Shown: positions 1 to 8,498 of the stretch, piece after piece | Position numbering within the stretch: the first letter of the stretch is position 1 | How the letters are laid out: every line of letters starts with the position of its first letter | DNA from: an uncultured Ruficoccus sp. | GTDB lineage: Bacteria > Verrucomicrobiota > Verrucomicrobiia > Opitutales > Cerasicoccaceae | DNA: 16,040 nt | Direction: 5' to 3' | Assembly: GCA_965140785.1 (NCBI GenBank) | Contig: OZ223488.1 | Location: 1-16,040 of the forward strand | Position numbers and translations under genes: made by a program | Notes under the pieces: model-generated | What the model was told of the DNA's origin: nothing | Seen by the model: the letters and a program-made list of their open reading frames with translations, nothing else | The model's database searches: none

Positions 1-1
1 G

Positions 2-394
2 TCCGCGGACGGGGCCGAGGCGGGCGCCGTTAAGTCCCAAGCGGTTTCTGTTTCCGGTGAGGCGAATGATTTCGCGCTCACGCTGGTGCCCGGGGCGGGA
101 GCTGCGCCCGAGGCGATTGCCATCGACGCCCCCGCTGGGGCGACGGTCACCTGGTGGATGGAGGCGGTGGATAACCGCGCTCTGAGCCGTGGGCCGCAGC
201 GCGTCCTGTCCGAGCCCAGGGTTTTTAAAGTCGTCACCGTGGAGGAAAAAATCGCCGAACTGATGGGCCGTATCCGGGAGGATATTACGGCTCTGGAAAA
301 CGTCAGCGACCAGCAGGCTGCGGCGAAATCATCTTTGGAGTCCTATCTCGAACACTCGGGCGACCAAAGCCCCCGGAACCCTCAATCCGATTAA
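2..394 (+). CDS. C-terminal part of an uncharacterised protein (DUF4175-like, 5' end outside window)
   Basis: The frame of ORF 86..394 is open back to position 2. The segment 'VTWWMEAVDN...GPQRVLSEPRVFKVVTVEEKIAEL' followed by a helix resembles DUF4175-type PVC envelope proteins (recalled similarity). The stop is 3 nt before the next ATG. Confidence 0.65.
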   Translation, partial: SADGAEAGAVKSQAVSVSGEANDFALTLVPGAGAAPEAIAIDAPAGATVTWWMEAVDNRALSRGPQRVLSEPRVFKVVTVEEKIAELMGRIREDITALENVSDQQAAAKSSLESYLEHSGDQSPRNPQSD

Positions 395-397
395 GCC

Positions 398-2011
398 ATG
401 AAACTGTCTCCTCTCTTCGTTTTTGCGTTCACCCTGATGGCGGGACTATTGCCCGGCGCGGCGGGGGCGCAGTCCACGGATTTGCAGACCGTCGAGCAGA
501 CCCAGACTCAGGTTGGCGAAGGGGTCAGCGGGCTGGCCGGGAGGATCGAGCCGGTCTTCGACGAACTGGCCCAACTGGGCGCTTCGCGGGAGGACTTGGA
601 ACTGGTCCGGCAGGCACTGAACGAGTTGAAGCAACTTTCCGACGAAGAAATAGTGGCCATCCTGGTAGCCCTTCGACAGGCCGCCTCCGATCCTGAGCAG
701 GCCAACGCCAAGCTCCAGTCCGCGCTGACCGGGCAGGAGCGCGTGCTGCAGAGCCTCCGGATGATTTTTGATAACCTGCGGCAGCGGCAGCAGGAGATGG
801 CGCTGGCCTCGAAGGCCGAGTCCCTGCGGCGGCGGCAGGCGCAGAACCGGCACCAGACCGAGTTGGCCCGGCAAGATCAGGGCGATCGGGTGGCCGCAGA
901 GGCCGAGCAGCGCGCTATCGAGGACGCGGTCGACGATCTCATGCGCGAGGCCGAGGCTTTGGCCGAAACCGCCCGCCAGGAGGGGAACACCGAGACCGGC
1001 CTCGACGAGGATACGATTGAGCAGATGAAAGAATGGGCGCAACAGGCGACCGAGGATTTGCAGAATAACCAGTTGGACAAGGCGGTCGAAGACCAGGCCC
1101 GGGTGGAGGAAATGCTGGCCGACCTCGCTGCCGAGACCGGTCAGGAACAGGCGTCATCGGAGTTCGCGGAGAATCTGGTGCGTCAACTTCAGGCCCTGCT
1201 GGAGCGTCAGCAGACGCTGAGTGATGCGCCGGACGCGGTTACTCAGGAAAGGATCGCCGCCGATACGGAGGCCGTACGCGTGCCGGTGGAGAACGTCAAC
1301 GCGCCCGCCGGTTATCAAGTGGCCGCTGCCGCCGAGGGTATGCGGCTGGCCTATGGCAAGCTTTCGGCTCAGCCGCCCGCCAGCGCACAAGCCGAGCAGG
1401 CGCGTGCCGTTGCGGCCTTGCAGCGCGCGATTGAGCTGCTCCAGCAGAACATCGAAGACATGCAGCAGGACGGCCAGCAGCAGACTCAGGAAGAGCAGAT
1501 GCAGGAACTGGCCGACGAGTACCACAAGGCCGAGGAGCTGCAAAGACGCCAGGAGCAGGTCAACCACGAAGGGGGCAAACCCTCGGAGCAGGCGGCCCTG
1601 GCCCGTGAGACGGCGGAGCTTCAGCAGGAGGTGCTGGAGGACTCGCCCGAGGCCGCGCGCGACCTGGGCCGCGCCGCCGCCCGTATGGCTGAGGCCATGA
1701 ATACGCAAAAAACGCCCGAGGAGCAGCAGGAACTGCGTGAGGAGGCGGCCCGGCAACTGGCCCGCGCCACCCAGGCCGTGCTCAACGAAGGCCGTGCCCG
1801 CCGTAACGAGCCGCCCGGTCAGCAGGGCGGGGGCCTTAGCGGCATGGCCGAGGTGGCGCTGGACGATAATGTGCTCGGCCCGGCCCAGCTTACGCCCGCC
1901 GAGCGCGAGGCCATCGCCGCCGCCCGCGACGAGCCCGTCAGCCCAGAGTACGCGCCGCTGGTCGAGGCTTACTACGATAAACTTTCCCGCCACAGCCCCA
2001 CGGACGAATGA
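398..2011 (+). CDS. Exported Gln/Glu/Ala-rich coiled-coil protein, 537 aa
   Basis: ATG, Sec-type signal peptide (MKLSPLFVFAFTLMAGLLPGAAGA|Q), repeated helical 'L..RQ..L' blocks, C-terminal 'VSPEYAPLVEAYYDKL' motif. ATGA overlap with the next gene. Confidence 0.85.
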   Translation: MKLSPLFVFAFTLMAGLLPGAAGAQSTDLQTVEQTQTQVGEGVSGLAGRIEPVFDELAQLGASREDLELVRQALNELKQLSDEEIVAILVALRQAASDPEQANAKLQSALTGQERVLQSLRMIFDNLRQRQQEMALASKAESLRRRQAQNRHQTELARQDQGDRVAAEAEQRAIEDAVDDLMREAEALAETARQEGNTETGLDEDTIEQMKEWAQQATEDLQNNQLDKAVEDQARVEEMLADLAAETGQEQASSEFAENLVRQLQALLERQQTLSDAPDAVTQERIAADTEAVRVPVENVNAPAGYQVAAAAEGMRLAYGKLSAQPPASAQAEQARAVAALQRAIELLQQNIEDMQQDGQQQTQEEQMQELADEYHKAEELQRRQEQVNHEGGKPSEQAALARETAELQQEVLEDSPEAARDLGRAAARMAEAMNTQKTPEEQQELREEAARQLARATQAVLNEGRARRNEPPGQQGGGLSGMAEVALDDNVLGPAQLTPAEREAIAAARDEPVSPEYAPLVEAYYDKLSRHSPTDE

Positions 2012-2808
2012 AACGCCTAATTCCAATCACTCTTCTCACACTGAGCCTCCTCCTGCTGCTGGCGCCCGGCGCGCAGGCAGGGCGGGGCGATTCGGTCTTT
2101 GGCGGCAGCGATGGGACCGAGGCGGCCCTGATCGGCATCCTTTACGATCTCAAGCAGACCCAGCAGGGTGAGTCTTCCGGCGTGACAGAGGAGACCTACC
2201 CCAACGTCATCGGCGAGTTTATCAACAGCGAGTGGGACGAGGGGGTGCTCAACAAATACTTCCGCGTGTCGCGCCCGGTCTATGCCACGCGGATTTTTAT
2301 CCGCACCATTGCCGCCAACCAGGCGCCGAAGGCCTTCGGGGTCTCTGAGGTGGTGGAGCCGCGGATGTGGATCGTGCACTACAAAGGCCAGGTCGTGGCA
2401 CCAATGGACGGCGTGTACCGGCTGGCCGGCTTCGCCGACGATTTTCTGGCCGCCCGGGTCAACGGCAAGACCGTCCTGGTGAGTGGGCGTTTCGACTGCA
2501 TCCCGCCCGATGTGACCTGGACCTCCTCCGAACCCGACGGCCTGCCGATCGGCAACGGTGCCATGCGCTACGGCGACTGGTTTTCGGTCAAGGCCGGGGA
2601 AGTCATCGATCTGGATGTCCTGGTCGGCGAGCGACCGGGCGGGATTTTCAGCGCGTGGCTCTACATCCAGCGCAAGGGCGAAACTTATCCGCAGCGGGAC
2701 GGCTTCCCCGTGCTGACGATGTTCCAGCTTTCGGAGGACAAGCCGCCCGCCTCCGACGTACCCTACGCGCCCCCGCGGGAGTCTTCCGTCTGGAAGACCC
2801 TACAGTAG
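2008..2808 (+). CDS. Exported hypothetical protein with a probable PA14-like beta-sandwich domain, 266 aa
   Basis: Signal peptide ending AQA. Motifs 'WIVHYKGQVVAPMDGVYRLAGFADDFLAARVNGKTVL' and 'IDLDVLVGERPGG' follow the PA14 pattern (G.Y.F...DD...L.VNG). Translationally coupled to the upstream gene. Confidence 0.75.
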   Translation: MKRLIPITLLTLSLLLLLAPGAQAGRGDSVFGGSDGTEAALIGILYDLKQTQQGESSGVTEETYPNVIGEFINSEWDEGVLNKYFRVSRPVYATRIFIRTIAANQAPKAFGVSEVVEPRMWIVHYKGQVVAPMDGVYRLAGFADDFLAARVNGKTVLVSGRFDCIPPDVTWTSSEPDGLPIGNGAMRYGDWFSVKAGEVIDLDVLVGERPGGIFSAWLYIQRKGETYPQRDGFPVLTMFQLSEDKPPASDVPYAPPRESSVWKTLQ

Positions 2809-2826
2809 CGCGGGCTGTGTCTTGCC

Positions 2827-2854
2827 TTGCCAGTGCGCAGGCTGGATTCATACT
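2827..2854 (+). promoter_or_regulatory. Candidate sigma70 promoter for the LacI-family gene
   Basis: TTGCCA (2827-2832), 16-nt spacer, CATACT (2849-2854), about 60 nt upstream of ATG 2913. Confidence 0.4.
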
Positions 2855-2912
2855 TGATCAGACATCGATGCCGCTCGCGAAAGCGCGAGCGGTGCCGGAG
2901 TCCCTGTTTTCC

Positions 2913-3929
2913 ATGAGTACCATTTATCAAGTGGCTGAAGCCGCCCACGTGTCTCCCAAGACCGCCGCCCGCATCCTGGCGGGTGACTCGAAGCGTTCCA
3001 AGCACCGCGAGCGCGTGTTGGCGGCGGCGGCGAAACTCGGCTATGTGCGCAACCAGCAGGCGGCTAATCTGCGCAGCGGCACCTCGCAGGTGATCGGGAT
3101 CGTCGTGCCCGACATCAACAAACCCCACCTACGCGGAAATTATCCAGACCATGCACGGACGCTTGCCTGGAGGAGGGGTTCTCCATCCTGCTCTCATGCA
3201 GCTTCGGCAATCCCGAGGACGAGTTGAGGGCACTGCAGACGCTGCGGACCTACCGCGTGGACGGCATTATGCTCAACTCTTCGGAAATTTCGGCCTCTGC
3301 TGCCTCGCTTGACCTGTGCAAGCAGATGATGGCCGCGGGTAAGCCGATTATCCTCAGCGGGATTGCCGAGGCGGGTATAGAGGCAGACCGGTTGGGCCTG
3401 CGTAACGAGGCGGCGGTTGCCAAGGCGGTGCGCTACCTCCTCGGCAAGGGGCACAAGCGGATCGGCTTCGTGGGTGGCAGGTGTGAGGCGGTCGCTATGA
3501 GTCAGCGGCACCGGGGCTACGCCCGAGCCCTTAAGGAAGCCGCGGTGAAAGTGCCGGCTGATTTTTCGATCTTCAGCGACGGATCGATGCCTGCGGTCTG
3601 CAAGCAGGTGGACGAGCATCATGCTTCAGTATCCGCCGGATAAAAGACCGACCGCCTTTGTGGCTGGTAACGACCTGCTGGCCATTGCTGTCATGCGTGC
3701 GGTGCGTCAGCTTTCGCTCAGCATTCCCGAAGACGTGGCCATCATCGGGTTTGACGACATTGAGTTGGCCGAGATGCTATCGCCCGCGCTGACGACGTTG
3801 CGCCAGCCACAGGCACAGATGGCCCGGGACTGTGCCGGGCTGCTGGTAGAGCGTATCCGCTCCAAGGCTGTCGGTACGCCCCAGACGCTCCTCTATGAGC
3901 CGGAGCTGGTTATCCGGGAGTCAGCCTGA
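2913..3929 (+). pseudogene. LacI/GalR-family transcriptional regulator with three +1 frameshifts (pseudogene or sequencing errors); ~337 aa when repaired
   Basis: N-terminal HTH 'MSTIYQVAEAAHVSPKTAARIL...LGYVRNQQAANLR...IGIVVPDIN', middle 'VDGIML...YLLGKGHKRIGFVGG', C-terminal 'PTAFVAGNDLLAIAVM...IPEDVAIIGFDD...PALTTLRQP...PELVIRESA'. These lie in successive frames, with extra bases at ~3120, ~3157 and ~3611. Confidence 0.9.
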
Positions 3930-3943
3930 GGGAAATCGAGGGC

Positions 3944-4645
3944 TCAGGAGCCCGGTGCGTAAACGATGTTCCAGGCGAGCGGTTCGCCGCTGGAGGCATT
4001 GGCGCCGGTGGCGGCAGGGGGTTGGGTCAGCAGGAGGTAGGGTTGAAGGTCGGTTCGCACGAAGAGATCATTCATGACCAGTGGCTTCCACTCGTCGTTG
4101 AGTTGCCCGGCGATGCGGAGTTGGTATTTAACCAGTTTACGACCGGAATTGTCCGGCGTCAGCGGCAGCGTCTGCGCCGAATGGGCGGAGACCTGAGCGG
4201 TTTCCTTGTCCACGGCGATGCCGAGCTTGATCGGCGCGAGGTTGAAAATGGTCAGCTCGTGCGCGGCACCTTTAGCCGCGCTTGGCACGGCGATCATGCT
4301 GTAGGCGGTCTGGCCGCTGCTTTCCTGGCCGACCAGCAGCACGAGGGCGCGCGGCGCGTTTGCGGGCAGTGGGGCGTAGGCGATGGGAGTCGTCTGGAGC
4401 CGTCCGGCGGAATCGAAAACCGGAGGGCTGTCGAAGAGCGCGAAGCGGTCGTGCCCGTAGGGGAAGGTGGCCGAGAACTGGCCCTTGGCCAGCTTGACGG
4501 AGTGGGATTCCTTCCCGTCGTAATAGTAGGCCTCGGCGGGGACCTTGCCTTCGCACAGGATCTGAACTTGGCGTGTGGCGGCGGAGGCGGTCAGCGTGAA
4601 CAGGGCAAGCAGGGCCAGAATGGGAGCAAAACGCAAGCGGTACAT
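3944..4645 (-). CDS. Exported hypothetical protein, ~233 aa, partner of the upstream PilX-like gene
   Basis: ATG at 4645 gives a signal peptide (MYRLRFAPILALLALFTLTASA|A). The mature part looks beta-rich. It starts 21 nt after the upstream stop on the same strand. Confidence 0.8.
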   Translation of the reverse strand: MYRLRFAPILALLALFTLTASAATRQVQILCEGKVPAEAYYYDGKESHSVKLAKGQFSATFPYGHDRFALFDSPPVFDSAGRLQTTPIAYAPLPANAPRALVLLVGQESSGQTAYSMIAVPSAAKGAAHELTIFNLAPIKLGIAVDKETAQVSAHSAQTLPLTPDNSGRKLVKYQLRIAGQLNDEWKPLVMNDLFVRTDLQPYLLLTQPPAATGANASSGEPLAWNIVYAPGS

Positions 4646-4666
4646 AGGCAAAACGGGGGTGGGAGA

Positions 4667-7600
4667 TTAGACCTGATCGGCGCGGAGCCAGCGGAAGGCG
4701 ATGATCTTGAACTGGCGGCCGAGTTGGTCGGGATTGCTCGGTTCGTAGTAATCGGGATTATCCTCGCTGTCCGAAGCCCGCTCAACGGGGGCGGGCATGC
4801 GCTGAACGACGGCCTCGCACCAGGCCTGGCCCTTAACCTGTTGGGTGAGCGGATCGACCGCATCCCCGTAGGCGCGGATGAGGAAGGTGTCCGAACGGGC
4901 GCTGAGCATGGGCCCGAGGGCCTGCAGGATATCGCCCTGGGTTATCCAGCCGGTGGTGGCGTCGTAATGGTAGCCCTGCGAGCCGCCTTGCAGGAAGGGG
5001 GCGGGGAGGGAGTTGGTTTGTCCGTCGGTGCCGGCGTTGCTGAGGATGGATTGGTTGATGCTGGAGGCATCGATGGCAGCCTGGAGTGCGCCGCGCTGGC
5101 CCGTGACGTCATTGCTGAGGCGGCGGTTGACAAACTCCGCGAGCGAGAAGAACGGCCCGCGGGCCTTGACCTGCCGGACCATTTGTTCGGCCAGGTCCGT
5201 CAGTTCGGGCTCGGTCAGGCTGCGGTAGCCGTTCCAGAGGTCGTTCTGTGTGTTAGCCACATCCTCGCCCTGAGTGGGATAGGCCAAGTGGGTGAAGACC
5301 CGGTCGAGGGGATTGCCGTCATTGGGAACGCCGTCCTCCGGATCGATTTCGAGGCCGCTGAGGCTGCCCAGGAAGGCCTTCCAGGCATCGACGGAGACGG
5401 AGTTCACATTGAAGGCGCCCTCGACCATGAGGTTGGCGGCCGCAAAATCAAAGAAGTCGTTTAGCTGGGCGTTGGGGATGTTCTGCCCGCCGTACGTGAT
5501 ACGTCCCAAGCGTGAGTTGGCCGGGACGTAGGTGGGAGTGTTCAGGTCCGAGGGCGTCTCCACGGTGGAGAGGAAGTACGGGTCCCAGAGGGCGTCGTTG
5601 ATCAGGTAAGTGGCGTCCACCACGGCGGGCTCGCGGGTGTTGGCATCGGCGTCGTAGTCGGCGTCGTCCTCGCGTTCAAGGGCGGTCAGATCGGAGATAT
5701 AAACGTTGGGCATGGAATTGCCGATGAGGAAGGTCGGGCTCTGACTGTTTTCAATCAGGCGGGCGTGTTGGAGCCAGCCCAGTGAGAGGATCGGGATGTC
5801 CTTGGACGGCAGGTCGGCGACGACGGCCGAGGCAACACCGCTGTTCGAGTAACTGGAGCCGAAGTGGTTATTCGTCCCGGCCCAGTTACTGCGGGCATAG
5901 CCAAGAGCGCCTCCCCAGCCGGGAACGATATAGGAAGTATCGGTGATGGCATCCGGATCCATTCCGCTGGGGCCGATATCGCGGGCCATAGCATTGTTGT
6001 GAGTCAGCATGACCGGCTCTTCGTTGGTGGGGAAGTTGGCATCAAGCTGGTCAATGGCGTACTCGTAACCGATCAGGCTAAAGGCATGGCTGGCGGCGGG
6101 ATTGGCGAGGTTTAAGTCATTCAACCGGACCGACGAAGGCGTCGCGTCAGCCAGTCCGATACGGGTGACCGGTACGTCATGCAGGCGGCTGTAGTAACGG
6201 TCAAGTCCGACAACTTGACTGGTGCTGGAGTCGAAGAGGTTGCGGGCATCGGGGTCGGCATCGGTATCGACCGGCTCCAGCAGGGCCATGCTCGCAATGA
6301 CTCCGGTGGGATCTTCGCCCAGCGCATTCCAGTTGCGCCAGACAAAGTAGGGTTCGATGAGTTCGCCGTTACTTGTGTTTATCTCAATGAGGCTGGCCGG
6401 AACGGAGATCTGCCCGTAGGGGAGATCGACCGTGCCGATATCGTTGATGGCGGTGAGAACCTCGAGATTATCTTCATCGTAGGCCGCGCTGCTCCCACTG
6501 CTGAGCGAATAAACAACAGTCTGGCCGGGCTGAAGGGTGCCGCTGGAGAGCTTGAAAACGAATCCGGTGACGGTGTCATCACCGTCGGGATCGTCGGTCT
6601 TGTAACTGGTGACATTGGCGTGTTGGAAGACCCCGCGCATGCTGCTGCTGACGCCCTTGTCTGAGGAGCCAGGGGTGAGCAGCTCTTTGAAAGTGCCGCT
6701 GGGGTAGTCGCCGCTGCTGTCCAGGGTTGTCCCGTTTTTGACGATGACCGGTAACAGCTTGGCGGCGGCATCCTTAACCATGAACTCGATCTCGTAATCG
6801 TGATCAGCGAGGGGGGCGTTGTAGGGATTCCACAACTCGGCCCGGACGGCAATGTGGACATTGAAATCATAGGTGATCTCACCGGTGGGCTGCTCCACGC
6901 GGTTGGTGAATTCGGGCACGAGGGTCAGCTCGGCGCGAATGAGGACCGGGCCGACGGGGTAGTCACCCGCGAGTGTGGCGTTACGCAGTCGGGGCGTAAC
7001 GCTGGCGGTGGGGCGGTCCTTGAGCTTGGAGAAGGCGCGCAGCTGGTCCCACGAAGGCGAGCCGGGGGAGAAGGGATTGGCTTGGTCCGGGAAGTCGGCG
7101 ATGCCCTTTTCGTCGTTGACGACATTCACCCCGGTCGAGGTGAACTCGTACACGTCATTACGGTCAAAGGCGGGCATGCTGGCGGGGAGGGCGGAGCCGG
7201 TGTTGGCTTCGAAAAAGGCGGTGAGGTCTTTTTTTAGGCCGCCGTCGCGGACATTCGAGAGGACACCCGCGCTGTAGAGGGACACGTCGTGGAAGGCGCC
7301 CTTGGCCTCGGTTTCGGCATGGCCGTCACCGGTGCCGTTGTATTCCAGCAGTTCGAGCTGGTGCTGGCTGGCGGCCCGGTCCAGCTTCCCCTCGTCTTTA
7401 TTCTTGGCGAAGTTCAGGTCGATGGCGTTTTCCACCCCTACGCGTTGGGCCACGAGCATGCTGAGCTTGCCCTGTTCGACGTTCGCGTTGACCGGCGAGG
7501 CGACCTCCGGGGTGAGGTGTTCGTCCACGGCGTCGAAGCGGGCCTTAACCCCCTCGTCGCCGACCCAGTAGGCGAAGTGGCCGGTCAGGTCATTGGTGTC

Positions 7601-8182
7601 CGCGTTGCGGACGGTGACCTTATTGGCGTAAACACCGTCGATGTCTTCATCGTCGACGGAGCCTTCGCCCACGAGCATGACGGCGTCGCCGCCCTCGCGG
7701 TCGAAGGTTGTCGGGTCGACGTTATCGTTGCCGGAGACGAGCCAGCCGAGAAAAGTCGCGCCGCCGTCGGGATCGCGGCGGTTCAGGTTGCGGTAGTTGG
7801 CCAAGCCGCCGCTGTTGAGGACCGAGACGCCGTCTGGGTACTTGGAGTTCCACACGCCGGTCCAGTAGGGTTCGTTCACCCCGGTGATGTTCTCGCCATC
7901 ATCCGGAGAGGCGTCCAGCAGGGCGGCGGTGGCGGTCACGCGCTGGTCGGGGCCGGCGATGCGCTGGAGCCGGCCAATGGCGCTGCTGAGGCCAAGGACG
8001 GCGTTTTGCCGGGCCAGGCTGACCTGGTTTTGCGTTGTGCCCACCTTGGTCTCGATCTGGATGAGCTGAGAAAGTGAAACCAGCAGCAGGAAGATCATGG
8101 CCATCAGTGAGATGGCGATAATGAGGGCAAAGCCGTGCGTACGCGCACGTGAGGTTGCCTGGGGGGAGAGGCAATGACGCAT
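4667..8182 (-). CDS. Large PilX/GspK-like prepilin-leader protein (Verru_Chthon cassette protein A-like), ~1171 aa
   Basis: ATG 8182, basic leader, then G|FALIIAISLMAMIFLLLVSL (class III signal, no Glu at +5). Contains 'ARQNA..GL..AIG.LQ..AGPDQRVTATA', 'AYWVGDEGVKA', 'GGLKKDLT', and C-terminal 'RGPFFSLAEFVNRRL', 'SARSDTFLIRAYG', 'AWCEAVVQR', 'GRQFKIIAFRWL', all recalled as typical of this verrucomicrobial family. Confidence 0.85.
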   Translation of the reverse strand: MRHCLSPQATSRARTHGFALIIAISLMAMIFLLLVSLSQLIQIETKVGTTQNQVSLARQNAVLGLSSAIGRLQRIAGPDQRVTATAALLDASPDDGENITGVNEPYWTGVWNSKYPDGVSVLNSGGLANYRNLNRRDPDGGATFLGWLVSGNDNVDPTTFDREGGDAVMLVGEGSVDDEDIDGVYANKVTVRNADTNDLTGHFAYWVGDEGVKARFDAVDEHLTPEVASPVNANVEQGKLSMLVAQRVGVENAIDLNFAKNKDEGKLDRAASQHQLELLEYNGTGDGHAETEAKGAFHDVSLYSAGVLSNVRDGGLKKDLTAFFEANTGSALPASMPAFDRNDVYEFTSTGVNVVNDEKGIADFPDQANPFSPGSPSWDQLRAFSKLKDRPTASVTPRLRNATLAGDYPVGPVLIRAELTLVPEFTNRVEQPTGEITYDFNVHIAVRAELWNPYNAPLADHDYEIEFMVKDAAAKLLPVIVKNGTTLDSSGDYPSGTFKELLTPGSSDKGVSSSMRGVFQHANVTSYKTDDPDGDDTVTGFVFKLSSGTLQPGQTVVYSLSSGSSAAYDEDNLEVLTAINDIGTVDLPYGQISVPASLIEINTSNGELIEPYFVWRNWNALGEDPTGVIASMALLEPVDTDADPDARNLFDSSTSQVVGLDRYYSRLHDVPVTRIGLADATPSSVRLNDLNLANPAASHAFSLIGYEYAIDQLDANFPTNEEPVMLTHNNAMARDIGPSGMDPDAITDTSYIVPGWGGALGYARSNWAGTNNHFGSSYSNSGVASAVVADLPSKDIPILSLGWLQHARLIENSQSPTFLIGNSMPNVYISDLTALEREDDADYDADANTREPAVVDATYLINDALWDPYFLSTVETPSDLNTPTYVPANSRLGRITYGGQNIPNAQLNDFFDFAAANLMVEGAFNVNSVSVDAWKAFLGSLSGLEIDPEDGVPNDGNPLDRVFTHLAYPTQGEDVANTQNDLWNGYRSLTEPELTDLAEQMVRQVKARGPFFSLAEFVNRRLSNDVTGQRGALQAAIDASSINQSILSNAGTDGQTNSLPAPFLQGGSQGYHYDATTGWITQGDILQALGPMLSARSDTFLIRAYGDAVDPLTQQVKGQAWCEAVVQRMPAPVERASDSEDNPDYYEPSNPDQLGRQFKIIAFRWLRADQV

Positions 8183-8444
8183 GATAATGGGGGGATGTTC
8201 GGCTCGGCGCAAAGACGGGCTCTGCGCTGAACACATTGAGGATGAGGCGGCGAATTAAGCGGGTGCAGCTTTTAGTAAGTTGACCTCTGTCATAATATCA
8301 CTTGGCGGCCCGATTATCAGAATGTGCGTCGAAACCTCTAGCTTAAAAACGGCTCGTTTGGAGTTTTTTGACAAGTTTTACTCGATGAGACGCCCGGACA
8401 GTGTCTTTGTCGTTTTTCACCATCTCCATGAGTTGATCCGGTGC

Positions 8445-8475
8445 AAAAAAAGCCCCGGCGGTTGCGGCCGGGGCT
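8445..8475 (-). terminator. Rho-independent terminator downstream of the cysJ-like gene
   Basis: Minus strand AGCCCCGGC-cgcaacc-GCCGGGGCT followed by a T run, ~23 nt after the stop. Confidence 0.85.
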
Positions 8476-8498
8476 GAAAGGGGGGCGTGCGGAGGCGC

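Noticed and set aside
2367..2912. N-terminal extension of the 286-aa ORF containing the LacI HTH
   Set aside because: Overlaps the 2008..2808 gene out of frame and is Arg-rich nonsense. The real start is ATG 2913.
4022..5464. 480-aa + strand ORF
   Set aside because: Antisense shadow of two well-supported minus-strand genes. It has no motifs, and such shadows are common in high-GC DNA.
8281..8373. TGAC-ctct-GTCA dyad and a + strand TTGACA upstream of the pilin-like gene
   Set aside because: The dyad is too short to be significant. The TTGACA has no matching -10 and points toward the cysJ terminator.
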